DNA of 58,546 nucleotides from NCBI GenBank assembly GCA_029006755.1, contig JAQXGO010000060.1, positions 1 through 58,546 on the forward strand, read 5' to 3'. This document shows, piece after piece, positions 57,373 through 58,546 of this stretch. Position numbers and translations under genes: made by a program. How positions within the stretch are numbered: position 1 is the stretch's first letter; every line of letters starts with the position of its first letter. The notes under the pieces are model-generated. The model was not told where the DNA came from. It was given only the letters and a program-made list of their open reading frames with translations, and did no database searches. This DNA comes from Clostridia bacterium (GTDB lineage: Bacteria > Bacillota > Clostridia > UMGS1883 > UMGS1540).

Positions 57373-57408
57373 ACAAAACCCATGTACTATTTATAAAAAA
57401 GGAGATAG

Positions 57409-58395
57409 ATGGTTATGTCATGTAATATACGTCCTGAAACAATGGCCCGTATCAGTTCCCGAGAGCAGGCAATGGCTTTTATTGATGAACAGGTAGCAGA
57501 GATTCGTGCACAGGTTGGCGATAAAAAGGTTCTTCTTGCGTTGTCCGGCGGTGTCGATTCTTCGGTTGTAGCGGCACTGCTCATAAAGGCAATTGGGAGA
57601 AAACTCATTTGCGTACATGTCAATCATGGACTTATGCGCAAAGGGGAAAGCGAGCAGGTTATTGAGATATTCCAAAATCAACTTGATGCCAATTTAATTT
57701 ATATTGATGCTACAGATCGCTTTTTAGATTTGCTCGCAGACGTCGCTGATCCGGAAAAGAAACGCAAAATTATTGGCGGCGAATTTATTAAAGTGTTTAA
57801 TGAACAAGCGGCAAAGTTAGACGACATTGAATTTCTTGCGCAGGGAACAATCTATCCGGATATTTTAGAGTCTGACGGCGTAAAGGCACATCATAATGTT
57901 GGTGGTCTGCCGAAAGATATGAAGCTATCGTTGGTTGAACCAGTAAAACTTCTCTTTAAAGATGAGGTGCGCGTTGTGGGGGAAGCGTTGGGCTTGCCGC
58001 ATAGCATGGTACACCGTCAGCCGTTCCCAGGTCCGGGATTAGGCGTTCGTTGTTTGGGTGCAATTACGCGCGATCGTCTGCATGCACTGCGTGAAGCTGA
58101 TGCTATCCTGCGAGAAGAATTTGACAAGAACGGCCTTGCCGGTAAGGTTTGGCAGTATTTTATTGCGGTGCCGGACATGAAGAGCGTTGGTGTAAAAGAT
58201 AGTAAAAGATATGAAGGCTGGCCGGCAATCATCCGTGCAATTAATACAAAGGATGCTATGACAGCAACAGTTGAGGAAGTTCCTTATGCGGTGTTGCATC
58301 ATATTACCAACCGTATTACAAATGAGGTAGAAGGTATTAATCGTGTGTTGTTTGATTTAACACCAAAGCCTGTTGGAACGATCGAGTGGGAATGA
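57409..58395 (+). CDS. guaA: GMP synthase ATP-pyrophosphatase subunit (GuaA C-terminal half only, no GATase domain)
   Basis: 328 aa. PP-loop LALSGGVDSSV about 45 aa from the N-terminus, PEKKRKIIGGEFI, FLAQGTIYPDILES, and the canonical C-terminal end PKPVGTIEWE. AGGAG RBS. The start may be 57409 or 57415. Confidence 0.88.
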   Translation: MVMSCNIRPETMARISSREQAMAFIDEQVAEIRAQVGDKKVLLALSGGVDSSVVAALLIKAIGRKLICVHVNHGLMRKGESEQVIEIFQNQLDANLIYIDATDRFLDLLADVADPEKKRKIIGGEFIKVFNEQAAKLDDIEFLAQGTIYPDILESDGVKAHHNVGGLPKDMKLSLVEPVKLLFKDEVRVVGEALGLPHSMVHRQPFPGPGLGVRCLGAITRDRLHALREADAILREEFDKNGLAGKVWQYFIAVPDMKSVGVKDSKRYEGWPAIIRAINTKDAMTATVEEVPYAVLHHITNRITNEVEGINRVLFDLTPKPVGTIEWE

Positions 58396-58494
58396 TGTAC
58401 GAAACGGCTGAACACCGCATAAATACTGGGTTTTTCGAAAATTAAAAGGTGTTTTGGCAACGATTTGGCAACATCTGTATTATTCATAATAATT

Positions 58495-58538
58495 AAGAGC
58501 TAACTGATTTTTTGTAAAATCGGTTAGCTCTTTTTGTC
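58495..58538 (+). terminator. Strong Rho-independent terminator after the guaA-like gene
   Basis: 17-bp stem AAGAGCTAACTGATTTT (58495-58511) / AAAATCGGTTAGCTCTT (58516-58532) with one G-U pair and a TTGT loop, followed by TTTGTCTT. Confidence 0.85.
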
Positions 58539-58546
58539 TTGTCATT

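Noticed and set aside
57213-57408. Possible guanine/purine riboswitch or other cis-regulatory RNA upstream of the guaA-like gene.
   Set aside because: None of the conserved purine-riboswitch core strings (the UAUAAU...GGAUAUGG...UUUCUACC...CCGUAAA type) is present. The region is simply AT-rich with promoter-like boxes. A covariance-model scan would be needed to exclude it formally.
1-58546. CRISPR arrays, transposases, integrases, phage or plasmid modules, toxin-antitoxin pairs, restriction-modification or other defence islands.
   Set aside because: No spaced direct repeats were seen in the intergenic regions, which I checked by eye; no computed repeat search was done. Every ORF above about 100 aa on the coding strand is accounted for by a housekeeping family or by the few hypotheticals listed. 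There are no flanking inverted or direct repeats and no obvious compositional break.

Overview
This is a dense chromosomal segment of almost entirely housekeeping genes from a moderate-GC Firmicute. Gene order looks Clostridia-like: rpsO-pnp-M16 peptidase-glyQS; yggS-sepF-divIVA-ileS-lspA-rluD-pyrR-pyrBCFKD-pyrE; secG-smpB-DUF512-der-plsY-gpsA on the minus strand; trxA-prmA-rsmE; carD-ispD-ispF-pgi; gatCAB. I call 62 protein genes. Many are joined by ATGA or TAATG stop/start overlaps, which suggests long translationally coupled operons. In about 20 cases the ORF-track start looked too far upstream, and I moved it to the start codon that has a GGAGG-type RBS and does not overlap the preceding gene. 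Intergenic space is small. It holds several textbook sigma-A promoters (TTGACA-N17-TATAAT) and clear hairpin/T-tract terminators. I see no rRNA, tRNA, tmRNA, CRISPR array, transposase, integrase, phage gene or recognisable defence gene. I also found no T-box, S-box or purine riboswitch motif in front of glyQS, ileS, metK, thrC or the guaA-like gene. I do not find a compelling novel system, and the window reads as core genome. Six items deserve a second look: (1) a sodium:solute symporter translationally coupled to indolepyruvate:ferredoxin oxidoreductase IorAB, followed by a YnbB-type PLP enzyme; (2) a stand-alone GMP synthase ATP-pyrophosphatase subunit with no glutamine amidotransferase domain; (3) a PuuR-like XRE-cupin regulator with a palindromic operator in front of a rearranged potBCDA operon; (4) comFC translationally coupled to a RecD2 helicase; (5) an orphan HlyD-like membrane protein embedded in the miaA/yggS-sepF-divIVA operon; (6) a 135-aa mini P-loop protein between pgi and thrC. 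All functional calls rest on motifs I can read in the translations and on remembered family knowledge. No database search was run.
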